DNA of 60,767 bases, counting the filler. It is 7 parts of 7 records of this genome, joined end to end, with 100 filler letters (N's around TTAATTAATTAA, not from the genome) between each part and the next. Parts side by side here need not be neighbours in the genome. Positions count along the whole stretch, not along the records: positions 1 to 18,071 come from SRR31156797_38193; 6 more parts are not named here. One strand, written 5' to 3'. Position numbers and translations under genes: made by a program. This document shows positions 1-7,998 of the stretch, in pieces (the stretch's first letter is position 1; every line of letters starts with the position of its first letter). The notes below the pieces were generated by a model. That model searched no databases. It worked only from the letters and a program-made list of their open reading frames with translations, and had not been told where the DNA came from.

Positions 1-18
1 ATCCTCTCATCCCGACCA
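1..18 (+). tRNA. 3' end of a tRNA-Pro (truncated gene or att-site duplicate)
   Basis: ATCCTCTCATCCCGACCA matches the T-arm 3' strand, acceptor strand CCCG, discriminator A and CCA typical of bacterial tRNA-Pro; the 5' part lies outside the window. Confidence 0.65.
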
Positions 19-26
19 GATAAATC

Positions 27-60
27 AAGGCACTTACGATTTCTTTCGTAAGTGCCTTTT
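27..60 (+). terminator. Intrinsic terminator after the tRNA end
   Basis: 13-bp stem AAGGCACTTACGA/TCGTAAGTGCCTT followed by T-rich sequence. Confidence 0.8.
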
Positions 61-172
61 CTTTTTTATCTTTAATTGTTCCCAAATGACGCTTTGTTAC
101 GGCGTATATTTAAAAAATTATGCAGATAAGGGAAACTCTTTCTCCCTCGATTCATACGCCTTTAAAAACATT

Positions 173-712
173 TCATCTCACAGAGTCCTTTTTCTCATGG
201 TCAGTGCAAACCAGACTCACGATGCAAGCTACACTTAAAGCTATGACCAGACTCATGAGAAGAAAAAGTATGGTAAATCGCCAGCCAAAAGAGCTTACCA
301 CAATGGGAAGCAATGCCGGTTTGATGGAACGGCAACCAACAAAATTGGCAACGTGGAAAACCGATGCGCCTTTATCCCGCAACGTTTTAAAAAGCGGATA
401 CCACGCATAGACTGGTCCCATTGATAGGATTCCAGCCAAAGAAGACAGCACGATCCCCTTGGCTCCAGCGCTCCGCCCCAAAAAATGAACAACCACAGTT
501 GGGGACAGGAACCGATTAAAGGCCACCATCATGACAACGGCAAAAAGCATAGGCAACGCCAACTGTTGAAACATGTCCACACAGATATGCAATGAACGCT
601 CTGTGTTTTCTGGCTCTAAAAGAAAACCGAGGCCATAGAGCAAGCTGACTCCCAGAGGAAATAACCACGGTCTCATTACGGACATTGAAGAAGAAACGTG
701 CTTCTGGCTCAT
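173..712 (-). CDS. Predicted permease (DUF318/ArsP-like half permease)
   Basis: Hydrophobic protein with LSMGPVYAWYPL motif; start moved to MSQKH (712), which overlaps the upstream stop codon (ATGA). Confidence 0.75.
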   Translation of the reverse strand: MSQKHVSSSMSVMRPWLFPLGVSLLYGLGFLLEPENTERSLHICVDMFQQLALPMLFAVVMMVAFNRFLSPTVVVHFLGRSAGAKGIVLSSLAGILSMGPVYAWYPLFKTLRDKGASVFHVANFVGCRSIKPALLPIVVSSFGWRFTILFLLMSLVIALSVACIVSLVCTDHEKKDSVR

Positions 713-1500
713 ACTGCGCCCCCTTCCAACAAAAGGAAAAGTAACGACATGATAATAGCTAGAATGAACCCGGCGAGATTGCGCACCAAGGCAAAACGCA
801 TTCCGAGGGCCGCCACTTCTGCCGGGAGTTGAATAATTCCGACATTGACCCAAGCGAACATCAAAGCAGCTGCACCGGCGACGCCCACGCCGGCACTCAG
901 CAGGCTTTTCCCGATAATATAACTATTCACGGGATTCCCCGCTAACAAACTTCCAATGGAAGCCCCACACACAGCGTCATACAAGGGTGAGTTTGAAAAC
1001 AGAGAAAGCAGTGTTTGCTCCGAAACGAATCCACGAAATAACCCCAGAAGCAAAATCACTCCCACAAGACGGGGCAAAAGCGTGGAAAACTGTTGTCCTC
1101 CCTTTCGCAACGCTTCACTCCATACGGCCTGTCTGGGGACTGCGTCATCACCATCCTTTGTTCTTTTTTTCTCACCCACGGATGATCGAGACCGCATATA
1201 GTTTGTAATTGCCTCACCAACAGGTCCAGAGACCGAAGAAACGACTTCAATACTTTGTTTCTTTAAAACTCCGATAATATTTGGAGCAATATATTCCACA
1301 AGGACAACCTGCACCCCCATGTTGACCACCTGCGTCAAAACCATGAGCCCTGCCCCTGCCCCGGAAGAACGAGGAGGACCTTCCATCACTTCGAAAGACA
1401 TATCATCGGTATCTACCACCAACAGGTAGGCAGCAGTGCCCAACTTGCATTCAATATGACCATCCAGATTGGGAAGCGTACTTGGAACAGCAATTTTCAT
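709..1500 (-). CDS. NifB/NifX-like (dinitrogenase FeMo-cofactor biosynthesis) domain fused to a permease half
   Basis: N-terminal MKIAVPS...YLLVVDTDDMSFEV...GAGAG pattern of the NifX-like family; C-terminal TM region with LAGNPVNSYIIG motif. Confidence 0.75.
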   Translation of the reverse strand: MKIAVPSTLPNLDGHIECKLGTAAYLLVVDTDDMSFEVMEGPPRSSGAGAGLMVLTQVVNMGVQVVLVEYIAPNIIGVLKKQSIEVVSSVSGPVGEAITNYMRSRSSVGEKKRTKDGDDAVPRQAVWSEALRKGGQQFSTLLPRLVGVILLLGLFRGFVSEQTLLSLFSNSPLYDAVCGASIGSLLAGNPVNSYIIGKSLLSAGVGVAGAAALMFAWVNVGIIQLPAEVAALGMRFALVRNLAGFILAIIMSLLFLLLEGGAV

Positions 1501-1665
1501 TCTAACTCCAACTCCTCGTTGTTGCCAAAGAACTACTTTACAGATTCATCTATTTCAAGACGATCTTGGCGAAACAATCCATGTGCACCCCATAGCCGAT
1601 TATTTTCACACGAAATTGAGCATAGCCCCAAATTTCAATCAATTAACTTTCGTTACGTATAAATA

Positions 1666-1699
1666 TTGACAACAGTTGAGGTTGAATGTCATTTTCATT
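1666..1699 (+). promoter_or_regulatory. Sigma70 -35 (TTGACA) with an overlapping Fur-like box
   Basis: TTGACA at 1666-1671; GTTGAATGTCATTTTCATT at 1681-1699 resembles the TTGAnAATnATTnTCAA-type Fur palindrome and covers the expected -10 position. Confidence 0.6.
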
Positions 1700-1803
1700 A
1701 AACAGAATCAATGCTTTCTTCACGGGTTGTATGAACACGCCTGTCAAAATAAAGATCGGCTATCTTTCTCTACAGCTCAAATAATCATAACAAAGGAATA
1801 TCA

Positions 1804-2637
1804 ATGTCAAAAGTGATTACCGGAAATATCTCAGATGCAGTGGCAGACACACTTTTCATCACCCTCTATATGCGTTGCCTTGAAACCCAAAGACAGGACG
1901 GGATTATCGAAGATCAGGAAGCATGCCGCATTGTTGAATCCATTGATTACGATTTTTCCAAGTACGACAAGGCTGTTCGTAGTCAAATCGGCACCTGCAT
2001 TCGAGTCAGGCACTTCGATGATATCACCCGAAAATTCATCAAACAAAACGCTGATCCTGTGGTCGTCAATCTTGGATGCGGACTCGACAGCCGTTCCTAC
2101 AGAGTCGGCATGGATAAAGCCACCTACTACAATGTAGATTTGCCTGAAGTCATGGAACTTCGTGATAAACTTCTACCTCCTGACGAGCAAAACAACTCAA
2201 TACATAAGTCGATGTTTGACACATCCTGGATTCAGGACATCCAAAACACACACCCTGAAGCGAATATTCTTGTTCTCTCTGAGGGAGTGCTCATGTATTT
2301 CAAGGAAGAAGAAGTGCGTCCGGTTTTGGAAGAAATTGCGCGCTCCCTGTCACCTGGAGAACTCGTTTTTGATGCCTGCACAGAATTAGGGTGCAAAATG
2401 TCGTCTCGTCACGACACGGTAAAGCATACCAATGCACGCTTTCAATGGGGCCTTAATGATAACTCACTGCCTGAGAAGTGGGCCTCCAACCTGCGCCTGC
2501 GAGATGTTTCATATTACATGGACCAAGAAAAACATCGATGGGATATCATGTCCAAATTCATGTCCTATATCCCCAACATAGCCAAAGCATTCAAAATGCT
2601 ACACTTCACAATAACCCCGGCACGTGTACGGGCCTGA
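1804..2637 (+). CDS. Class I SAM-dependent methyltransferase (leucine carboxyl methyltransferase/TcmP-like)
   Basis: TLFITLYMR, VVNLGCGLDSR, VDLPEV and SEGVLMY motifs. Confidence 0.85.
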   Translation: MSKVITGNISDAVADTLFITLYMRCLETQRQDGIIEDQEACRIVESIDYDFSKYDKAVRSQIGTCIRVRHFDDITRKFIKQNADPVVVNLGCGLDSRSYRVGMDKATYYNVDLPEVMELRDKLLPPDEQNNSIHKSMFDTSWIQDIQNTHPEANILVLSEGVLMYFKEEEVRPVLEEIARSLSPGELVFDACTELGCKMSSRHDTVKHTNARFQWGLNDNSLPEKWASNLRLRDVSYYMDQEKHRWDIMSKFMSYIPNIAKAFKMLHFTITPARVRA

Positions 2638-2742
2638 CGTCCAAGACGTATACCTTGAGCAGGCCTGCTCCACTTCAACCAACGACTTTTGTCATCGTAA
2701 AAAAAACGACGACAGGGTCTTCTGTAGGCCAACAAAACAGTT

Positions 2743-2776
2743 AAAGCCCCGACTCGCTATTGAGCCGGGGCTTTTT
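2743..2776. terminator. Bidirectional intrinsic terminator
   Basis: AAAGCCCCG...CGGGGCTTT hairpin plus T-tract between convergent genes. Confidence 0.8.
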
Positions 2777-2795
2777 GATTGAAGATACCGCCCGC

Positions 2796-3968
2796 TTAGT
2801 TAAGCGCTTCTTTCCGGGCAACCTCAAGATCATCAATTACCGCGAGAGGAGGAATAACACGACGACTGAATTTCTTGTTCCCCGATAATCTTTTCAAAAA
2901 CGATTTGGCAGTATTCCAATCACGTTTTTCCCACGCGCACATGGCTAGAAAATACAAACTATCTCCAGCTTTTGCATCACGTTGGACAACCCTTTCAAAC
3001 ATTTTTTCGGCCTCAGTAAACCGACGGGCCTGATATAAAATATGGCCTTTCTTTTCAGCCACAGAGGCTGAATTACCCAATCGCGAAAGTTGACGTATAG
3101 CTTCTTCGGATCGACCGGCAGAGGCAGACAACAACGCAATCTTCATGGATTTATCAGTATCAGACACACCGGGATAGGCTCGCTTCAAAGTGGCCGACGC
3201 CATCAATGGAGCATTTGAATAAGCATACAACGACGCCAGTCGCTCAAGCTCCTTTGGCGACGAAGGGCGAAGACGATAGCATATTTCCAATGCACTGGCG
3301 GCCTTTTCATATTCTTCCCTGTCAAGATGAAGCTTGGCGAGTAACTCCCAGTAAGGAGCCTCATTCGGGTTCTTTGACAAGTATTTGCGCAACATCGATT
3401 CCGCCTTCTTAAACTGACCAGCCTCTAGATGAGAGTGCACGGCGAGCCGTACCCACTCTTTTTTTGGGGTCTGTTCCATGGAAAGAAGCCGACTCATGAC
3501 TCGGGCGGCAGCAGTATAATCTTCACCGCTATAATAGGCCGACCCTGCCTGAAACAGAAGAACCGGCTTCGGTGGCGACAAAAGAGAATGAGCTTTTTCA
3601 AAAAGTTGCCCCGCTTCTGCGTAGCGTTCAAGTTCATAGCAGGTCACGGCACTATTTCGAGCTAACAATTCACTCTCAGGGTACGCCTTTAATCCATCAC
3701 GAAACGCCTTTAAGGCTTTTTCCTTGGCACCATCTTTGTGATGCACACCGCCGAGCATAAGATAAACCTGCAAAGGAATCGTTTCGTCCGTTTGCGCCAT
3801 GTACTCATGCAAAACAGTAACAGCGTCTGCCAACTGAGAATCGTCCATGCACATCTGCGCCTTATGCAAAACCTGACGCGCCTGTGGAGGGATTCGATCC
3901 GCAGCATTGGCTACCCCTGCAAAAAACATCAAGAGCAAAAGAAATGGAAAAATTCGGGTCATAATCAT
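2796..3968 (-). CDS. Periplasmic TPR protein of the TonB operon
   Basis: Signal peptide (ANA-A), TPR-like helical repeats, start overlapping the tonB stop; typical last gene of DUF3450-ExbB-ExbD-TonB operons. Confidence 0.8.
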   Translation of the reverse strand: MIMTRIFPFLLLLMFFAGVANAADRIPPQARQVLHKAQMCMDDSQLADAVTVLHEYMAQTDETIPLQVYLMLGGVHHKDGAKEKALKAFRDGLKAYPESELLARNSAVTCYELERYAEAGQLFEKAHSLLSPPKPVLLFQAGSAYYSGEDYTAAARVMSRLLSMEQTPKKEWVRLAVHSHLEAGQFKKAESMLRKYLSKNPNEAPYWELLAKLHLDREEYEKAASALEICYRLRPSSPKELERLASLYAYSNAPLMASATLKRAYPGVSDTDKSMKIALLSASAGRSEEAIRQLSRLGNSASVAEKKGHILYQARRFTEAEKMFERVVQRDAKAGDSLYFLAMCAWEKRDWNTAKSFLKRLSGNKKFSRRVIPPLAVIDDLEVARKEALN

Positions 3969-4627
3969 TGTGTCAGCTCGAAGACAAAGGGAAGAAGAAC
4001 CCAAGTATCTACGGCTTCCCCCTTGTACTTACCCGGCTGAAAACGCCAGCGTTTGGCGGCCCTCAGTGCGGCATCATCAAAAATGCCTGCCGGGGTTGAA
4101 GAATTGATGGAAAGATTTTGCGGCTTCCCTTTCGCTGTGACGAGCATACGAACAACAACCTCTCCTTCGACTCTGTTTCTTTTGGCGACATAGGGATAAT
4201 CAGGAGGGACACTCCGCAAAACCTGCGGAATTTCATCCACTTCATCCATAGCAAAACCGATACCTCCAAAATCACCGGAAGGAAGGGCAATCCCCCCAGC
4301 CAATCCGGGGTACATATCGGTAGAAAACGCGGGAGTCTTCATTGTCATGGCTGGTTTTGTGGGCTTATTCTTTGCCGTCGTCGAAAACAACTTGGGAAGC
4401 TGCTTGGGTGGCTTGGTTTCATCCAGTTTCTTACGTTGTAATTCTGGTTCAAGCTTGTCCTGTTGCGGCTGAGCAAGACGAATTGCTCCGTCCACAACGG
4501 TCATCCCCTTAGGAACCGGAGCATCATTAAGCATTAACACACAGACATAGATCATCCCCGCCATGAGAACCGCTCCCAAGCATGATGCTACGAACTCTCC
4601 GGCACCTCTATTTCGCGCAATCATCAT
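3965..4627 (-). CDS. tonB: Energy transducer TonB
   Basis: N-terminal TM, Pro/Lys-rich linker, TonB_C motif PDYPYVAKRNRVEGEV...FDDAALRAAKRWRFQP. Confidence 0.92.
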   Translation of the reverse strand: MMIARNRGAGEFVASCLGAVLMAGMIYVCVLMLNDAPVPKGMTVVDGAIRLAQPQQDKLEPELQRKKLDETKPPKQLPKLFSTTAKNKPTKPAMTMKTPAFSTDMYPGLAGGIALPSGDFGGIGFAMDEVDEIPQVLRSVPPDYPYVAKRNRVEGEVVVRMLVTAKGKPQNLSINSSTPAGIFDDAALRAAKRWRFQPGKYKGEAVDTWVLLPFVFELTQ

Positions 4628-5037
4628 TGCTTCCTTGCCGCAATGCTAATGTTTTTGACCCCAGCCAAACGGCATTGGTCCAACACCTGCACGGCATTTC
4701 CGGTCATACTCTCCTTATCGGCGACAATAACCACGGAACCTTCCGGCATTTCTGCGAGAAAACGTTCCATATATGCACGTACCGACCGAATATCGAGAGA
4801 TCTACCCTCAACAAAAATCTGCCCATCACTGGTCAAGCCTAACAAGACATTGGCTTTTTCCTTGGTTTCAGCAGACTGTGCCGAAGGGCGTTGAACATCT
4901 ACACCGGATTCACGCACAAAACTCGTTGTTACGATAAAAAAGATAAGCAGAATGAACACCATATCAATGAGTGGGGTCATATTGATCTCACTCTTGCGCG
5001 ATCTGGCTCCACGAGCATAACGAATACTTTTCATCAC
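4624..5037 (-). CDS. exbD: Biopolymer transport protein ExbD
   Basis: INMTPLIDMVFILLIFFIVT signature. Confidence 0.95.
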   Translation of the reverse strand: MMKSIRYARGARSRKSEINMTPLIDMVFILLIFFIVTTSFVRESGVDVQRPSAQSAETKEKANVLLGLTSDGQIFVEGRSLDIRSVRAYMERFLAEMPEGSVVIVADKESMTGNAVQVLDQCRLAGVKNISIAARKQ

Positions 5038-5044
5038 GTATTCC

Positions 5045-5665
5045 TTACCTTGCGGACACTTCTGTCTGATGTTGCAAACCTATACAAAACAATTCCATAC
5101 GGCCCTTGAATTTCTGAGCTCGCTGAAAGAGAAACCCTCCCAGCAAAAGACCGGGAACAGCGACCACCAAGCCGCTCTGCGTAGTGACAAGAGCTTCGGA
5201 AATACCGGAGGCCAAAGCGCGTGCGTTCCCCGTTCCAAACTGAGAAATGACATCAAATGTTGTAATCATGCCAGTAACGGTACCCAGCAAGCCAAGAAGT
5301 GGAGCCACGGCCGCAAGAATCAAAATCGTTCCAATATAGCGCATGGACTTAACTTCCTGACGCATACGCATGGCTTCCAGCATTTCCCGATTCAACTCCG
5401 AATCATCGCATTTCTGCTCCATATACTGGGAGAGTATGTCCCATTGCCACTGAGCTATACCAGCCTTGCATACACTGCTTTCCCCCTGAAAAAGGTCACA
5501 ACTCTGCTCGGGAGAGGTTTCCTTGCGCTGCTCTCGCACAAATCGAATAATTTTAACGATAGCCAGAGTCCACATAATCAAAGAAAGCGTAAACAGGGGA
5601 ACCATAATATCCCCACCGGCCTGAAAATAATCTGCCATTCGTTCCGTAAGATTATGCAGCTGCAT
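5045..5665 (-). CDS. exbB: MotA/TolQ/ExbB proton channel protein
   Basis: APLLGLLGTVTGMI and GISEALVTTQSGL motifs. Confidence 0.92.
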   Translation of the reverse strand: MQLHNLTERMADYFQAGGDIMVPLFTLSLIMWTLAIVKIIRFVREQRKETSPEQSCDLFQGESSVCKAGIAQWQWDILSQYMEQKCDDSELNREMLEAMRMRQEVKSMRYIGTILILAAVAPLLGLLGTVTGMITTFDVISQFGTGNARALASGISEALVTTQSGLVVAVPGLLLGGFLFQRAQKFKGRMELFCIGLQHQTEVSAR

Positions 5666-7076
5666 CGTACTCCTCCCGTTTTTTGATCTTGCCCAACTTC
5701 ATAAGTGCCACGGCAAAACCGGTTCCCTTCTCCTCCATATCACCGATAATCCTGTCCACCCGTCGCTCAAGTATGTGATGCAAGATCATGATGGGTACAG
5801 CCACGGCAAGACCGAGTTGGGTCGTAACAAGAGCTTCAGAAATGCCGCCCGACATCATACGAGGGTCGCCTGTGCCATAGACAGTAATAATCTGGAAAGT
5901 ATTGATCATACCGGTCACCGTACCGAGCAGGCCCAGAAGTGGCGCAACCGCCGCAAGTACGTTCAATGTTGGCAAAAACCGTTCAAGCATGGGCAATTCC
6001 CTGAGCAACCCTTCCTGAAAGGCATTTTCGATAATCTCACGGGTATTCCCAAGGTACTTAAGCGTATGACCAATAATTCTACATGTGGGATAATGAGATT
6101 GTTCCTGACAAAACTTTCGGCACTCCTGCCACTGCCCCGTATTCACCATGTCCAAAATCGTAGCGATGTTCCGATCAGAATTTCCACGAATTCGACTCAA
6201 TGAATAGAACCGTTCAATAACGAGAATCATTGCAACGATACCTACCAGAATGATCGGCCAGACAAGCAGTCCACCGGCACTCAACCATTCGTAAACTCCC
6301 TTCTGTTCCTGAGCCAGACGAGTAAAGGCGGCGCCATTTGAAATATCCACCGGGAAGACATCGCTCTTCCCGTCAAAATATTCATCCATCAAGCTCGAAA
6401 GACTCCACCCCGGATCACCTTGTACTGCGACCAATTTGCTCCCGTCATTACCCGGACGCAAAAAGCCGAGAGAACCATCAGCCAAACGGTATGCCATGGT
6501 GAATGTTCCGACACGAAGGAGATCGCCGGTTTTGTCTTTGCCATCGGTACCAATGAAATCACCCGACCGCCTCATAATGGTTCCTGAAGCCTGCAACTCA
6601 TCAAGGAATAATGACAAAAGATTCTGAATCCCTTCAAGGCCAGGGAACTTCTCCGGTTGAAGCACTTCCGTTAACACGGCTTCACGTTGCGGGAATTCGG
6701 AAGTTGTCAGACTTTCATTAAAGTAATCACGCGCCTGCTTGGCCGCAGTACGTATGGTGCCATCAATAGTCTTGAGTTCATGAGCCTGCTCAGCGAGCTC
6801 CTCTTGCAAGGCTTTTTCCTGTTCAAGAAGAGCCTCATACTGTGTCTTGGAAATATCGAATTGCTTCTGTTTACTCTTGATGGACTTTTGCAACACGCTC
6901 TTTTCCGACATTATTTCCTGACGTTCACGAGCTACAATCTTCGCCGTCTGCCGAACATTCTTTTGGGCCTCACTGGCCGAAGCAGTCACTTCCTGAGCCA
7001 CCTGCTGCCACTGCTGAGCAAAAGCAGGTGTAGAGAGGGTCACAAGAGCGACAAGGGTAATAAACAATGATTTCAT
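5652..7076 (-). CDS. Long ExbB (TtpC-like) with periplasmic coiled-coil N-terminus
   Basis: Signal peptide, coiled coil, C-terminal APLLGLLGTVTGMI/GDPRMMSGGISEALVTT motifs. Confidence 0.88.
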   Translation of the reverse strand: MKSLFITLVALVTLSTPAFAQQWQQVAQEVTASASEAQKNVRQTAKIVARERQEIMSEKSVLQKSIKSKQKQFDISKTQYEALLEQEKALQEELAEQAHELKTIDGTIRTAAKQARDYFNESLTTSEFPQREAVLTEVLQPEKFPGLEGIQNLLSLFLDELQASGTIMRRSGDFIGTDGKDKTGDLLRVGTFTMAYRLADGSLGFLRPGNDGSKLVAVQGDPGWSLSSLMDEYFDGKSDVFPVDISNGAAFTRLAQEQKGVYEWLSAGGLLVWPIILVGIVAMILVIERFYSLSRIRGNSDRNIATILDMVNTGQWQECRKFCQEQSHYPTCRIIGHTLKYLGNTREIIENAFQEGLLRELPMLERFLPTLNVLAAVAPLLGLLGTVTGMINTFQIITVYGTGDPRMMSGGISEALVTTQLGLAVAVPIMILHHILERRVDRIIGDMEEKGTGFAVALMKLGKIKKREEYDAAA

Positions 7077-7828
7077 TGGACAGCTCCTATAGGCAACTCA
7101 AGAAGTTGGACTGCACGCTTTCGCTCGGCCATCTCCTGAGCCCGTCGAAGAGTTCGGACATAATCCTGAGCAAGTGGCTCCCATGAATTAGATAACTTAT
7201 CCCAAACACCGGCAGCAGATCCGTCAGAGGCCTGATAAAATAACGCAGTACGGCCAAGTCTAAAGACGGAAACCTGCGTCGGAACACCGTTCAAGACCAA
7301 TTCCTGTGTTGTTGTGGCAACGTTTCGTCCGTACTCAGTTTCCACGAGAAGCGCTTCAAACACCCTACGGAGTTTTTCGCTGAGACCGAGACGATAATCA
7401 TCCAAAGAAGAACGGAGGAATGCGATTCTCCCCTGTCGTTCATCAGCCAAAAATGGTAGATCCTGCGCGACATACTCATCAAGCGTTGTCACCACGGTTT
7501 CAAGAAAAGGCTCCAACTGCATACGAATACGTTTGACCTCTTCCTTGCGTCGCTCCAATTCCGCAATTACAACCCGTTGTTTTTCAATATATTTTGAATA
7601 CTTTTTTGTCTGAAAATCCAACCAGTCATCCATGGCCTTCATATCTCTTATTTCATCCGCGATCCCGGCCTTTGTGTCCGTCCACTGGGTGTACAATGCT
7701 TGCGCCTTGGCTTCGGATGCTACGGCTTTTGCCATTTTCGCATGAACTTCTTCAGGCGTTGCAGCCCCTTGAGCCCCAATGGGCATAAGAAGTAATAAGG
7801 CCATTGCAAACGTGCTCCTAATCAACAT
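7073..7828 (-). CDS. DUF3450 family protein
   Basis: DLPFL.DER, EKLRRVFEALLVETEYGR and FRLGRTALFYQ motifs; AGGAG RBS before ATG 7828. Confidence 0.88.
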   Translation of the reverse strand: MLIRSTFAMALLLLMPIGAQGAATPEEVHAKMAKAVASEAKAQALYTQWTDTKAGIADEIRDMKAMDDWLDFQTKKYSKYIEKQRVVIAELERRKEEVKRIRMQLEPFLETVVTTLDEYVAQDLPFLADERQGRIAFLRSSLDDYRLGLSEKLRRVFEALLVETEYGRNVATTTQELVLNGVPTQVSVFRLGRTALFYQASDGSAAGVWDKLSNSWEPLAQDYVRTLRRAQEMAERKRAVQLLELPIGAVQ

Positions 7829-7929
7829 GTGTGCTCCTGAACGAATCAACAACCGAGGTGATCCGGCATATGTATTTCTTTAATCAAAGGGTCCTGCACA
7901 GGCATTACTTTATAAGCAAACTTTGTGAT

Positions 7930-7948
7930 GATGAAAATCATTTTCAAT
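7930..7948. promoter_or_regulatory. Fur box upstream of the TonB operon
   Basis: Near-perfect palindrome GATGAAAATCATTTTCAAT about 100 bp upstream of the DUF3450 start. Confidence 0.8.
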
Positions 7949-7998
7949 ATCAAGTGGACATCTACACAGAATAAGTTCGTATGTAAAGCCTCTCCTGC

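Noticed and set aside
709-1500. Nitrogen fixation gene
   Set aside because: NifX-like domains are widespread in non-diazotrophs and no nif genes are present
5069-5686. 205-aa plus-strand ORF and similar antisense ORFs (e.g. 14683-15183, 51605-52120, 53673-54179)
   Set aside because: Shadow frames of well-supported genes with no recognisable motifs
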